Below the pieces are notes generated by a model. That model did no database searches. It was not told the origin of the DNA and saw nothing but the letters and a program-made list of their open reading frames with translations. 32,000 nt of DNA from Candidatus Kuenenia stuttgartensis. Lineage in GTDB: Bacteria; Planctomycetota; Brocadiia; Brocadiales; Brocadiaceae. Both the position numbers and the translations under genes were made by a program. The stretch spans positions 3,360,001 to 3,392,000 of the forward strand of contig NZ_LT934425.1 of assembly GCF_900232105.1 (NCBI RefSeq), written 5' to 3'. Below, piece after piece: positions 1-9,043 of this stretch; positions within the stretch are counted from its first letter, which is position 1, and each line of letters begins with the position of its first letter.

Positions 1-29
1 AAAATAAAACATTTCTTGGATTAAAAATT

Positions 30-263
30 ATGAAACACCACAAGGTCGAACCAATATTTGCTGTTTGCATTAACAACAAAGACTATGAAGTATCGCTGGA
101 ATTGAGAAAAATTTACAAAGTTCTCCATGACGCTAAAGCGGCCGAACATCACTATATAAGAGTCATAGATGAATCAGGAGATGACTACCTATATCCTGAA
201 GATTATTTTATTCCGATTGAGTTGCCCAAGGCTGTAGAAAAAGCGCTGCTGCTGGTATCTTAA
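30..263 (+). CDS. Small conserved-looking hypothetical protein (77 aa)
   Basis: Intact ORF, acidic/aromatic-rich, directly upstream of the HigA-like gene; not recognisably RelE/HigB-like. Confidence 0.5.
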   Translation: MKHHKVEPIFAVCINNKDYEVSLELRKIYKVLHDAKAAEHHYIRVIDESGDDYLYPEDYFIPIELPKAVEKALLLVS

Positions 264-301
264 TCGTATCTGAAATATCACCCGGCAAGGAGGGGTTAGA
301 G

Positions 302-373
302 TGACCAATCTTTATCGTTGGCGAACGATGTCATTTTGAAACTGTTCCATGACCCCGTTTTGAGGAGAAAATC
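302..373 (+). pseudogene. Short remnant of the 3' part of a glycosyltransferase gene (inverted partial copy of 1320-1390)
   Basis: gatgtcattttgaaactgttccatgaccccgtt (327-359) matches the reverse complement of about 1334-1366 with 1 mismatch; both translate as DVILKLFHDPVLR. Similarity fades at both ends. Confidence 0.7.
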
Positions 374-374
374 T

Positions 375-680
375 ATGGAAAAGAAGAGATTACAGTCGGT
401 TCACCCCGGAGAGGTTCTTTTGGAGGAATTTCTCAAACCTATGGGCTTGAGTCAAAACAGAGTTGCACTTAATATCGGTGTTCCTCCCCGGAGAATCAAC
501 GAGATTGTACTTCAAAAAAGACGGATAACCGCGGATACTGCTCTCAGACTGGCTCGTTTTTTTGGTACTTCCCCTGAGTTTTGGCTTGGATTACAGGCAC
601 AGTACGATTTGGATGTTACTTCTGACGAACTTGGCGAACGCCTCGAACGCGAAGTAAAAGAGTATACAAAGATTGTATAA
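375..680 (+). CDS. higA: HigA-family addiction-module antitoxin (HTH/XRE)
   Basis: MEKKRLQSVHPGEVLLEEFLKPMGLSQNRVALNIGVPPRRINEIVLQKRRITADTALRLARFFGTSPEFWLGLQAQYDL is the classic HigA pattern. The tracked TTG start at 318 adds residues that come from the glycosyltransferase remnant, so ATG 375 is preferred. Confidence 0.88.
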   Translation: MEKKRLQSVHPGEVLLEEFLKPMGLSQNRVALNIGVPPRRINEIVLQKRRITADTALRLARFFGTSPEFWLGLQAQYDLDVTSDELGERLEREVKEYTKIV

Positions 681-716
681 ATTAATATCATGCGAAGAGC
701 ATTTCTCCTTGAATTA

Positions 717-956
717 TTATGATAAAAGTCTTTCTATTTCATCATCGGTAAAACCAAATTGTCGGAAAATACGAAGCACATACGGGGGAGAAAGTTCCCC
801 TGCTCCCATATCAATAGGAACAACCCTTTTCTTGCCTTGACAATAGCGAACATATATTCGATGATCTCCTTTGCCCTCCCTGTGAAACATACAGCCTCCA
901 CGTTTTAATAGGCGAATTAATTCTTTTGGCTTGAGAGAAGGAACATTTTTAGGCAT
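717..956 (-). CDS. hicA: HicA-family toxin (YcfA-like mRNA interferase)
   Basis: 79 aa; LIRLLKRGGCMFHREGKGDHRIYV contains the G..hREGKGdH.iy-type HicA motif; overlaps the upstream HicB-like ORF by 8 nt. Confidence 0.85.
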   Translation of the reverse strand: MPKNVPSLKPKELIRLLKRGGCMFHREGKGDHRIYVRYCQGKKRVVPIDMGAGELSPPYVLRIFRQFGFTDDEIERLLS

Positions 957-1215
957 GTACAGCCCTTAATTCGTATGTTTCTGTGGTTGGTTCTACCCCT
1001 TCAACAGTTAAAAATTCGTGGAGTTCTTTAACAGATAATGGTGAAGTATAGATGTCGTTCTCTGTTTTGTGTACGGCATCAAAAGAATCAATGGCCTCTT
1101 TAAGTTTTTCAATCGCCTCTTCTTTTGTAATCCCCTGCCCTACAATACCATTTTCCAAACATAAAGCTACCCAATAGTTTCTACTCTTTCGTAACACCAT
1201 TGTATAAAATTCCAT
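949..1215 (-). CDS. hicB: HicB-family antitoxin
   Basis: 88 aa; WVALCLENGIVGQGITKEEAIEKLKEAIDSF is a HicB/UPF0150-like fold pattern; paired with hicA. Confidence 0.8.
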   Translation of the reverse strand: MEFYTMVLRKSRNYWVALCLENGIVGQGITKEEAIEKLKEAIDSFDAVHKTENDIYTSPLSVKELHEFLTVEGVEPTTETYELRAVHA

Positions 1216-1228
1216 TCCTTTATTCTCC

Positions 1229-2374
1229 TTAAGTAAGCATAGACGAATATAGCGCTACATGCTGAAGTCCGATATTATCCCAGGAAAAACACTTTCCCAA
1301 CTCCATGGCGTTATCTGAGATTTTATTTCTCAGGACGGGGTCATGGAACAGTTTTAAAATGACATCGGACATGGCCTGATAATCGCCGATTGGCGTTAAA
1401 ATTACATTTTCCCAATTTTTTAATACCTCCGGGACATTTTCACCTATAGTGGTTACTACGGGGAGACCATGCCGAAGCGCAGTGAGAAATGTTCCCCGCC
1501 GCAAAGAGACTCCATCCTTAAATGGCAGAACGCAGGCCGTTGCATTCGTAAAATAAACAGATACCTGTTCAGGGGTACAATAGCCGGTAACCGTTATTGC
1601 ATGTTCAATGCCTAACTCTTTCATAACATGATGATCATCATCCGAAAGATAGGTTATCATTACCAATTTACATTTAACCCCATGTATGAGCAATTGTTTA
1701 AATGCATGGAATAAAGTAATAACGTCTTTTGACTTTGTGGCAAAACCAAAATAAACGATGTACGGTATTTCTGCTATGCGCCTGCTTGAAACAATGTTAG
1801 GAACCGGCTCAATGTTGGCGCCAATCGGGATGACCGTATATCGTCCTTTAAGCCAGGGAAACCACTTTAAAACGGCTGATGCTTCACGCTTGTCAGGGAA
1901 TATAATCTTATTTGAAAGGAGCAAGAAAAAGATCATTCCAATCTTGCGAAACTTATGTGCAATGCTAAATTCATGGATTGTAGCTATTCTACATAATTTG
2001 GGAAAGATCGCCCAACAAATAAGGGGAAGAAAATTGGGCAACAGAAACCGCCGATATTCCCGCGTAGGATACTGGATATGGATGATGTCCGGTTTCATTG
2101 CCTTCAGGAATCGAACAAATCGAAATGTATTATACAATTGCCAGGATTTAACGACTTTGCATACAGTTATTGAAGGCTGAGGGGGCTTGATTTCAGGCAG
2201 ATCAGTTGTCAGTACAGAAACGTGTATCCCTTGTCTGGCTAACTCCTGCGACAATCTTGCGGTATAATCGCCTACACCGCATGGCGCATCAGGAAAGCTT
2301 CCGGTGATCATAGCCACTTTGTAAGCCTTGGATTTTGTAGCAGATGTATGAGAATTATTTACCACTAAAGACAT
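1229..2374 (-). CDS. Glycosyltransferase family 4-like protein
   Basis: N-terminal GVGDYTARLSQELARQGIHVSVLT; C-terminal PFKDGVSLRRGTFLTALRHGLPVVTT..NVPEVLKNWENVILTPIGDYQAMSDVI. Confidence 0.88.
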   Translation of the reverse strand: MSLVVNNSHTSATKSKAYKVAMITGSFPDAPCGVGDYTARLSQELARQGIHVSVLTTDLPEIKPPQPSITVCKVVKSWQLYNTFRFVRFLKAMKPDIIHIQYPTREYRRFLLPNFLPLICWAIFPKLCRIATIHEFSIAHKFRKIGMIFFLLLSNKIIFPDKREASAVLKWFPWLKGRYTVIPIGANIEPVPNIVSSRRIAEIPYIVYFGFATKSKDVITLFHAFKQLLIHGVKCKLVMITYLSDDDHHVMKELGIEHAITVTGYCTPEQVSVYFTNATACVLPFKDGVSLRRGTFLTALRHGLPVVTTIGENVPEVLKNWENVILTPIGDYQAMSDVILKLFHDPVLRNKISDNAMELGKCFSWDNIGLQHVALYSSMLT

Positions 2375-2401
2375 AGCTATTCCTGTAAATCTGTTTATAA
2401 C

Positions 2402-3409
2402 TTAAAAACATAATTTTAATACCTTTCCGTAGCCGGATAGTTTTTCCGCTGCCGTTTTTGCATTTGCAGGGTACAGTGTCAGCCAAAGAATAATGCGAAG
2501 CAGTGATCTTGAGAATAGTATCATCTTCAGAAAAATCAACTGGTGTGGCATGTGTTTTCTGAAATAATAAAAGAGGCTTTTGTGATAGTGGATGATTTTT
2601 TCTGCATTATAAAGTTCAGGGCTGCTTGCCCCGCCAAAGTGTATGAGTCTGGCCCCGGGCAGAAGGTATATCTCATACCCGGCATTTCTCAGCCGTAGGC
2701 ACAGGTCTGTTTCTTCAAAAAAGAGGAAATAATTGCTGTCAAAATTTCCCGCTCTATCGAGTGCTTCTCTGCGTACAAAGAGGCACGACCCCATAGTCCA
2801 GTCAACCTTCAATACTTTTGAACGGTCGATATGGCTCATCTTATGCAACCCAAAAAAACGGCTGTTTGGGAAGAGACGATCAAGGAAAAATGATTCACTC
2901 AGAATATTTTTAAGATTGGGAAAGGTATTGCCGCTCAACTGGAGTGTTCCGTCAGGATTAAGTAGCGTGGGGCCAATTGCACCTGCTTCCTGATGTTTTT
3001 CCATGAATGCCAACAGGCTTTTCGTCATGCCTGGAATCACTTCTGTATCGGGGTTTAAAAAGAGGACATACTCAGAGCATGATTTTTGCAGCGCCGTGTT
3101 GCACGCCTGCGCAAAACCATTATTGGTTTTGTTTTCGATAAGAATTATCTCCGGAAATTGTGTTTTGATATACGATACGGTTTGGTCGGAGGATGCATTG
3201 TCCACGATGATGATTGAATGAGAAAAAGCGCTGAGATCGCTTTTAAGGCTTTTCAGGCAATTAGCTATCCATGAATACGCATTCCACGTTACGATAATAA
3301 CAGAGATTTTACCTGTATGCTGTTGTTCAGGAGTAATATCTTTTTCCATAGAGATTGTTGACCAATAAGGGGCGAGGTGTGACGGATTATTTTTCAGTGA
3401 TAGTATCAT
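2402..3409 (-). CDS. Glycosyltransferase family 2 (rhamnosyltransferase-like)
   Basis: KISVIIVTWNAYSWIANCLKSL....IIIVDNASSDQT..; LFLNPDTEV; MGSCLFVRREAL; FFEETDLCLRLRNAGY. Alternative start ATG 3349. Confidence 0.92.
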   Translation of the reverse strand: MILSLKNNPSHLAPYWSTISMEKDITPEQQHTGKISVIIVTWNAYSWIANCLKSLKSDLSAFSHSIIIVDNASSDQTVSYIKTQFPEIILIENKTNNGFAQACNTALQKSCSEYVLFLNPDTEVIPGMTKSLLAFMEKHQEAGAIGPTLLNPDGTLQLSGNTFPNLKNILSESFFLDRLFPNSRFFGLHKMSHIDRSKVLKVDWTMGSCLFVRREALDRAGNFDSNYFLFFEETDLCLRLRNAGYEIYLLPGARLIHFGGASSPELYNAEKIIHYHKSLFYYFRKHMPHQLIFLKMILFSRSLLRIILWLTLYPANAKTAAEKLSGYGKVLKLCF

Positions 3410-4262
3410 AGCCTAGTTTTTTCATGATATCTTCTTCCTTTATGTGCCGGTAAATTTCCAGTAGGGCGCTGTCCTTTATAAAGGTAAATTTATTCCCGGA
3501 TAACACGTTTTTTGAAACGGCATTTATTAATGGAGCATCAGCGGTCAGGCCGATAAAGCGTACAATTTTGCCAAGGGTGTCCGCCGGATTGTCCAGAAAT
3601 GTTTCATATCGTACATGGAGTATGTTTCCATTCCATTCCTCTTCTAAGGAAAGCGCTTTTTGTACATAAACCCTCCACAATTGAATCCCTTCATAAATAT
3701 TCTGAAGCCTTACGGAGTCCTGGTAGAAAGCCTTTCCTAATACCAAACGTTCTTTAAAAAAACACTTCCAGTTATGCTTAAAATTATTTTGAATCTCAAT
3801 TTCTCTTTTTCTTGCGCTGTTTGCAACGTCAAGGGGATTTCTGTAAATATGCAATAGCTTTGGATGGGGGAAGATATCTTTCCAGATATCAATGGTAAAG
3901 GTGTTTCTTGGGTCTTTCCATCCCCATGGAAAATCAATATGCCGGATGTCGCCATAGCGCAAAAATTTTCCAAAACCTAAATATTCAAACCTTCGCATAC
4001 CCTTCAGGTGCTGCTTTAGCACGTGAAGAACCCTCTCCTTAAAGACGGCATTTATAAAGGTGAAATTATGCGGATTATCCCATGTGGCATTTGCCTGGCG
4101 CAGCAGCCAGTCGTTTAATTTGAAAAAGAACAAAGATTCATCATTTTCCTGTTTTTTTGCGCCGATAAATAGTCCCAGTTGTTCCAGCAGTGAAGCAAGC
4201 ATTGTGGTGCCGGAACGGTGCATACCCATGATTATTACTGGTTGAAGAGCGGTTTTATTCAT
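3387..4262 (-). CDS. Sulfotransferase family protein
   Basis: 5'-PSB-like loop MHRSGTTMLASLLEQLG; RNPLDVANSARKRE resembles the 3'-phosphate-binding region. Confidence 0.85.
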   Translation of the reverse strand: MNKTALQPVIIMGMHRSGTTMLASLLEQLGLFIGAKKQENDESLFFFKLNDWLLRQANATWDNPHNFTFINAVFKERVLHVLKQHLKGMRRFEYLGFGKFLRYGDIRHIDFPWGWKDPRNTFTIDIWKDIFPHPKLLHIYRNPLDVANSARKREIEIQNNFKHNWKCFFKERLVLGKAFYQDSVRLQNIYEGIQLWRVYVQKALSLEEEWNGNILHVRYETFLDNPADTLGKIVRFIGLTADAPLINAVSKNVLSGNKFTFIKDSALLEIYRHIKEEDIMKKLGYDTITEK

Positions 4263-5263
4263 TATTTTAATTTCAATACTTTTTCAAACACCAACAAATG
4301 TTCTTTTGCGCTTTTTTGCCATGAAAAATGTTGCGCGTGGTCCAAGCCCTTTTTTCTTAATGCATCTTGTAAGGAAACATCTTCTCTCAAACGCTGCATT
4401 GCGTGAGTAATATCATGTTCTGAACGCGGATTTACGAGAAGGGCGGCGTCGTTTGCTATTTCGGCGCATGCAGTGGCGTTTGATGTTATTACCGGACAGC
4501 CGCATGCCATTGCCTCTAAAACAGGCATGCCGAATGTTTCATGCAGAGAAGGGAATATAAATCCAATTGACCCTCTGTACCATTTTGCCAATTCATGGGG
4601 AGAGCACTTTTCCTGAATATGCCTTATTCCTTTAACGCGGATGGTTTTTGTGTATCCGGGCGCTATCATGATAAGTTCCGGCTTTCTGTTATTTGAAAGA
4701 TTTTCATATGCACGGATAATCCTGTCAACATTTTTTTTTGGACTATATTGTGAGACATGGAGAAAATAGGGTTCTGATACCTTTGCAATGTCGCCATTCT
4801 GGTGAAACGTCTCATGATCGACGCCATGGTAGATAGGGTGTATCTTTCCGCGAGGAAGCGCAAAGACATGCGACACTTCCCGTACGGCAAATTCTGAAAC
4901 GGTAATGATTGCGGAGGTCTTTTCCCGAAACCATTTCCACGCGGATAATGTTATACGGTTTTTCAATTTGCATCTTATTACCTGCAAAAAAGAGGTGTTA
5001 ATTTCATTCCATTTCATGGTAAACAGCGCCGCCCCGTGAACGGTTGCAACAATTGTTGTGCGCGAGTTTTTATATATATCAGGCGGAGTATGGTTTCCCG
5101 CCAGGCCAGGTTCCCAGATGATATCGCAATTTTCAGGGGCAGGGCCGGATTCCGTAAAGGGAGTGATCTCTACGCCAAGGATTGATAACTCCCTCCTGAT
5201 ACTTTCGCGGTATGTTTCCAGACTAAAAGGGATTTTATGGCGGGTAAGGACGGATATTTTCAT
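4262..5263 (-). CDS. Glycosyltransferase family 1/4
   Basis: NVDRIIRAYENL; CSPHELAKWYRGSIGFIFPSLHETFGMPVLEAMACGCPVITSNATACAEIANDAALLVNP is diagnostic for GT4. Overlaps the upstream gene start by 1 nt. Confidence 0.95.
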   Translation of the reverse strand: MKISVLTRHKIPFSLETYRESIRRELSILGVEITPFTESGPAPENCDIIWEPGLAGNHTPPDIYKNSRTTIVATVHGAALFTMKWNEINTSFLQVIRCKLKNRITLSAWKWFREKTSAIITVSEFAVREVSHVFALPRGKIHPIYHGVDHETFHQNGDIAKVSEPYFLHVSQYSPKKNVDRIIRAYENLSNNRKPELIMIAPGYTKTIRVKGIRHIQEKCSPHELAKWYRGSIGFIFPSLHETFGMPVLEAMACGCPVITSNATACAEIANDAALLVNPRSEHDITHAMQRLREDVSLQDALRKKGLDHAQHFSWQKSAKEHLLVFEKVLKLK

Positions 5264-5278
5264 TTAATTCGCAAATGA

Positions 5279-6175
5279 TTAATGTGCACACCAATAGTTT
5301 AAATCTCTTCCCAGCATATCGCTCAACTGTTTGATTTCAGGTTTAAATTCATCCTGCAATCTCTTTCGTAATTCCGGTCTCATGGGAATACGGGATTCGT
5401 ACCGGATATTGAAATTCCACATGCCCTTTCTCATTCTGCTGCGAATTGCGTGGGGTATTAATCTTCTTGACATATTCAGTAAAAAGGGAGGGGGGTTTTG
5501 CAGTAAATTTCTTAAAAAAACGCTTTTTGCGCGTTTGTTTGGGTTAATCAATTTTGTATCATTGCTGATATCTTCATTCACCCCCAAAAAGCGGAAGGTA
5601 TCCTGTAAGGATGTTTGGGGATTATTCTTTATATCGTCAAAAATAATGAATTGAATGGCTTTCTTATCAAATATTTCAAAATATCGTTTTATCTGTTGCG
5701 TGTATTTTGCCGTTTCACGATATAAAAGACCTTCCACAGGATAAGCGTTTTTCGGTAAGAATAACCCTTTTTTCCTCAAATCCTCTTTTCTAAGGGCATC
5801 TTCAAAATCAATAATATCCTCGCATCCATTATACAGGTATTGACTGTGTAAGGAGTATATCATATCGACGGGATTTCTAAGCATAATGATAATTTGCGCC
5901 GAAGGGTAAAAAGCCTTTATCTCACGCGCCGCCTGTTTTGAATAAAGATACCATACGGACGCCTCTCCTATTCTCCTTTCATTTTCCGCGTTTTGAAAAA
6001 AAGACAGATAGGTTGTTGTGTCTCTGACAAAATCAGGATGATATATATCCGTCCCGAAATGATGCAATTCCTTTCTCTCCGGCATGAAGATTTCAGGGTG
6101 GTTTTTAAGGTGGCTATATAAAAATGTCGTCCCGCATTTTGGTGCGCCCACGATAAAAAAATCAGGTTGTTTCAT
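5279..6175 (-). CDS. Sulfotransferase domain protein (heparan-sulfate-type fold)
   Basis: DFFIVGAPKCGTTFLYSHLKNHPEIFMPERKELHHFG; IIIMLRNPVDMIYSLHSQYLYNG. Confidence 0.93.
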   Translation of the reverse strand: MKQPDFFIVGAPKCGTTFLYSHLKNHPEIFMPERKELHHFGTDIYHPDFVRDTTTYLSFFQNAENERRIGEASVWYLYSKQAAREIKAFYPSAQIIIMLRNPVDMIYSLHSQYLYNGCEDIIDFEDALRKEDLRKKGLFLPKNAYPVEGLLYRETAKYTQQIKRYFEIFDKKAIQFIIFDDIKNNPQTSLQDTFRFLGVNEDISNDTKLINPNKRAKSVFLRNLLQNPPPFLLNMSRRLIPHAIRSRMRKGMWNFNIRYESRIPMRPELRKRLQDEFKPEIKQLSDMLGRDLNYWCAH

Positions 6176-6190
6176 AATGAATAAAGGCTT

Positions 6191-8044
6191 TTAAAAATCA
6201 TCATCGTCCAGGTCGTCATCAAGGTCGAAGTCATCGGCTCCTTTTTCAGTGGTTCTGTTATATTCCGGCATTTGTATTTCTTTGATGGCGTCCTGATTCC
6301 TTCTAAACCATTCTATTGACCCCAAACCTATAATTTCGCCATGCCCCATTGCCGCTATAACCTCTTCCCCGTAATTGCCTGCAGCGACATAGTCTTCAAA
6401 GAAGACGATTGTTGTTATTTTATCGGAACAGTGGTTAAGCATATAATTTCCTGCGCTATCCGGCAAGGTTCTTAACCCCTTTTCCGCAATCATTATCCAC
6501 TGACAATTTGATTGCAGCGCATTAAGTAATGCCAGCGAAAATTTCAGGCACGGGTCTATCCTTCTCCAAATATCAGGCGATAAAGATGTATCCAAGTTGT
6601 CAGGCATCTGTGCGTTGTATTTATCCCACAGGCCCATTTTTGTTAAATCTTTTTGTAAATTATCGGTGGTGTATTTTTCTGAGAAACCCAGGGATTCCCG
6701 TAAAGAACGGTTCGGGAGAAATTCATAATCCGCAGTTACAAACCACATGGATTCAAGGGCGGTTTTTGTCTTCTCCACAGAATGCCCGAGTATGCAATCG
6801 GTCAAAAATCCCAATGTATAACGATTTAATGTAACTGTGCTCAGGAGTCCCATACGGCTTCCTGCCTTTAGCTCCCCGTATTCAAGAGAACCTTCTATTG
6901 CAGGATGAGTAGTTGTTGGGACAATGATATAGCTTGCCGGTGGAACTGCCCCTGTCTTTGGGGTAATGACTGTAGCGCAGAGAAACTGGAAATATCTTCT
7001 GATTTGCGGATAAAGGCGGTTGATACCGGTTGCCTTTCTGTTTACCTGCCGCATATTTGTCAACATAAAGCGCAGCGCTATTAAATAGACAATTAATTCG
7101 CCCCACCCTTTGCCTTCAGAAATAATAGATCTGCCCATGATGAGCAATATTAAAAAAATCGCCAGTGCGAAGACAATGTTGCTGATTAACTGGCTATACT
7201 CCAGGGATCTCAACCTTCCCTCATAGGCATCGTGAAATTTCTTTATTGCCCCGGAGGAAAAAAGGGTTTTCCCCAGCCATTGTTCGTTTTCATGCGCTGA
7301 GACGTGCAATGTCTTTTGCCGCTGAATAATTTTTAAATATTCCCTGCTTGTTCCTTTTGCGAATTTTTCCAGTGATGACGAATTTCTCGCCGCATAAACA
7401 CTTACTTTATAAAGAAATATGGCAGAAATGCCCATAAGGGTAAAGTTTAAAAGTGTTAAAAGCGTGTTGATGTATAATAATGTAGCAATGGCGACCATGA
7501 AAGTGACCAAAGGTATGATCGTATCAAGTATCATCCATAATGCCCTGCTGCAGAACCTTGAATCCCTTCTTGCCAGCCGCACGATAATTTTGTCGTTGCT
7601 GAAATCCTGCTCAAGGGATGTTCCGATTTTAAAGCCTGAGCCGAAGTGCAGAAATATTCTCTTTGTACAAAATTCTTCGTATTTTCTCCTTAGTTTTAAG
7701 CCATTAGAGTTTGAAAAATAAATAGCCCATGCGGCGATCAACAGCGAGAACAGGATTGATAATCCGCATAAAATAAGAAATACATTAGATGTTCGTGCAT
7801 TGAATTCATAGTGGAGGAGTTTTATGGTGCTGCCGCTTTGCATAGCCTTGGCGTAATAAATTGCAAGGCCAATAGTCCATACCTGAAATGATACCCCGAT
7901 AAAATTGGTAAAAAGGATGAGGAATGATTCTTTCCTGAACCGCCAGATAGAATCTCCTATTAGCCATTTAAGCACCAAACGGTACTGATCGAAGGTTTTC
8001 ATAAAACCGTCGTATCGTGTCTTTAAAAAGCAGTAGATGTTCAT
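6191..8044 (-). CDS. ABC-exporter-like protein with degenerate nucleotide-binding domain and Asp-rich C-terminus
   Basis: N-terminal multi-helix transmembrane region with ABC-exporter-like layout. The C-terminal part aligns by eye with an ABC ATPase (LKAGSRMGLLSTVTLNRYTLGFLTDCILG at Walker A, LSPDIWRRIDPCLKFSLALLNALQSNCQWIMIAEKGLRTLPD at signature/Walker B), but the consensus catalytic residues are missing. Ends DDFDLDDDLDDDDF. Confidence 0.7.
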   Translation of the reverse strand: MNIYCFLKTRYDGFMKTFDQYRLVLKWLIGDSIWRFRKESFLILFTNFIGVSFQVWTIGLAIYYAKAMQSGSTIKLLHYEFNARTSNVFLILCGLSILFSLLIAAWAIYFSNSNGLKLRRKYEEFCTKRIFLHFGSGFKIGTSLEQDFSNDKIIVRLARRDSRFCSRALWMILDTIIPLVTFMVAIATLLYINTLLTLLNFTLMGISAIFLYKVSVYAARNSSSLEKFAKGTSREYLKIIQRQKTLHVSAHENEQWLGKTLFSSGAIKKFHDAYEGRLRSLEYSQLISNIVFALAIFLILLIMGRSIISEGKGWGELIVYLIALRFMLTNMRQVNRKATGINRLYPQIRRYFQFLCATVITPKTGAVPPASYIIVPTTTHPAIEGSLEYGELKAGSRMGLLSTVTLNRYTLGFLTDCILGHSVEKTKTALESMWFVTADYEFLPNRSLRESLGFSEKYTTDNLQKDLTKMGLWDKYNAQMPDNLDTSLSPDIWRRIDPCLKFSLALLNALQSNCQWIMIAEKGLRTLPDSAGNYMLNHCSDKITTIVFFEDYVAAGNYGEEVIAAMGHGEIIGLGSIEWFRRNQDAIKEIQMPEYNRTTEKGADDFDLDDDLDDDDF

Positions 8045-8096
8045 AGTGTAATTGAATTAAGGAATGCAGAGAAAATGGTGAAAGGGGGAGGGCGTT

Positions 8097-8882
8097 TTAT
8101 TTTTTATATCCCCAGAAATCGCAGTAGTGCGGCATTAAGTCGATAATTTTGGTTGCCTCGGCAACTAACCTTTTATCCGGCTCCTGCTGCCAGCGATGTA
8201 CCCTTTTGTCAGTGATGATGTTGCCATGCAGTTCATATTCATCCTTCCGTTTAACGTTTGCCGCATTAAAACTCCCGATGTCTCCGGTATCTGGGATTTC
8301 ACTTTCCAGGAAGGTCTTTATTTTTTGATATATTTCTGTATTTGTACATAATTCTTCATATTTTACCTTTATGCAGTTTGCCTGTTCAGCCATTTCCAAT
8401 TGTCTGTTAAACTCATTGTTAAGGTGTGTCGATAATGTTTCCGGCGTTAATTCTTTTTTCCAGCTTCCCTTCCCCTGTTTTTTCCGGTAATAAAGGGAAA
8501 CATATATATCCCGTGGGTCTCTTGCCGTCAGGATAAACCGTATATCTTCAAATACCCGATAATAATTTTGCCAGCCGCGGTGATGGATTTCTTTTACTCC
8601 CAACTGATGGATGTGAGGGGCAAGGTTTGGCATTATTTGGCTTTTCAAGGCATTGATAAGGGAATTATCTTCTTCATCCATATATTTTTGTTTAAATGCC
8701 TTGAGATCAATCCCCAATTGTAAAAACAATGTATAATCATTTTCCTGTATGCGGAATTTGTTTTTCCCCAAATTCGGTTCCCGAAGAATAAAAGAATAAG
8801 GCAGCATGGTTAATGCCTCGCTGAGTACAGTGCCGCCTGTTCTTCTTAGTGAGGCGATGTAAATAAAGGGTTTTTTTTGCAT
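8097..8882 (-). CDS. Sulfotransferase-like protein
   Basis: FIYIASLRRTGGTVLSEAL (P-loop-like) and FILTARDPRDIYVSLYYR. Confidence 0.8.
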   Translation of the reverse strand: MQKKPFIYIASLRRTGGTVLSEALTMLPYSFILREPNLGKNKFRIQENDYTLFLQLGIDLKAFKQKYMDEEDNSLINALKSQIMPNLAPHIHQLGVKEIHHRGWQNYYRVFEDIRFILTARDPRDIYVSLYYRKKQGKGSWKKELTPETLSTHLNNEFNRQLEMAEQANCIKVKYEELCTNTEIYQKIKTFLESEIPDTGDIGSFNAANVKRKDEYELHGNIITDKRVHRWQQEPDKRLVAEATKIIDLMPHYCDFWGYKK

Positions 8883-8910
8883 AAAATTATATCTTTCTGG
8901 GTAACAGTTT

Positions 8911-8982
8911 ACCCACCCCTAAATCCCCTCCCAGGAGGGGACTTCTTGTATTCCACTCCTGGGAGGGGATTTAGGGGTGGGT
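8911..8982. repeat. Perfect 27-bp inverted repeat (hairpin) in intergenic region
   Basis: acccacccctaaatcccctcccaggag (8911-8937) is the exact reverse complement of 8956-8982; 18-nt loop; T-run follows on the + strand. Confidence 0.92.
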
Positions 8983-9043
8983 TTTTTTCAAATACCGGGA
9001 CAATCCGGAAGGGGTGAACTGTTGCCTTCCTGAAAATTATACA

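Noticed and set aside
1758-2180. 140-aa ORF on + strand antisense to the glycosyltransferase
   Set aside because: It lacks recognisable domains and lies wholly inside a convincing minus-strand gene. The same applies to other antisense ORFs, e.g. 6529-6834, 7419-7721, 12985-13341, 17365-17946, 19226-19555, 23839-24282 and the minus ORFs within purF.
8911-8982. CRISPR-like palindromic array
   Set aside because: It is only one inverted repeat, with no periodic direct repeats or spacers and no cas genes.
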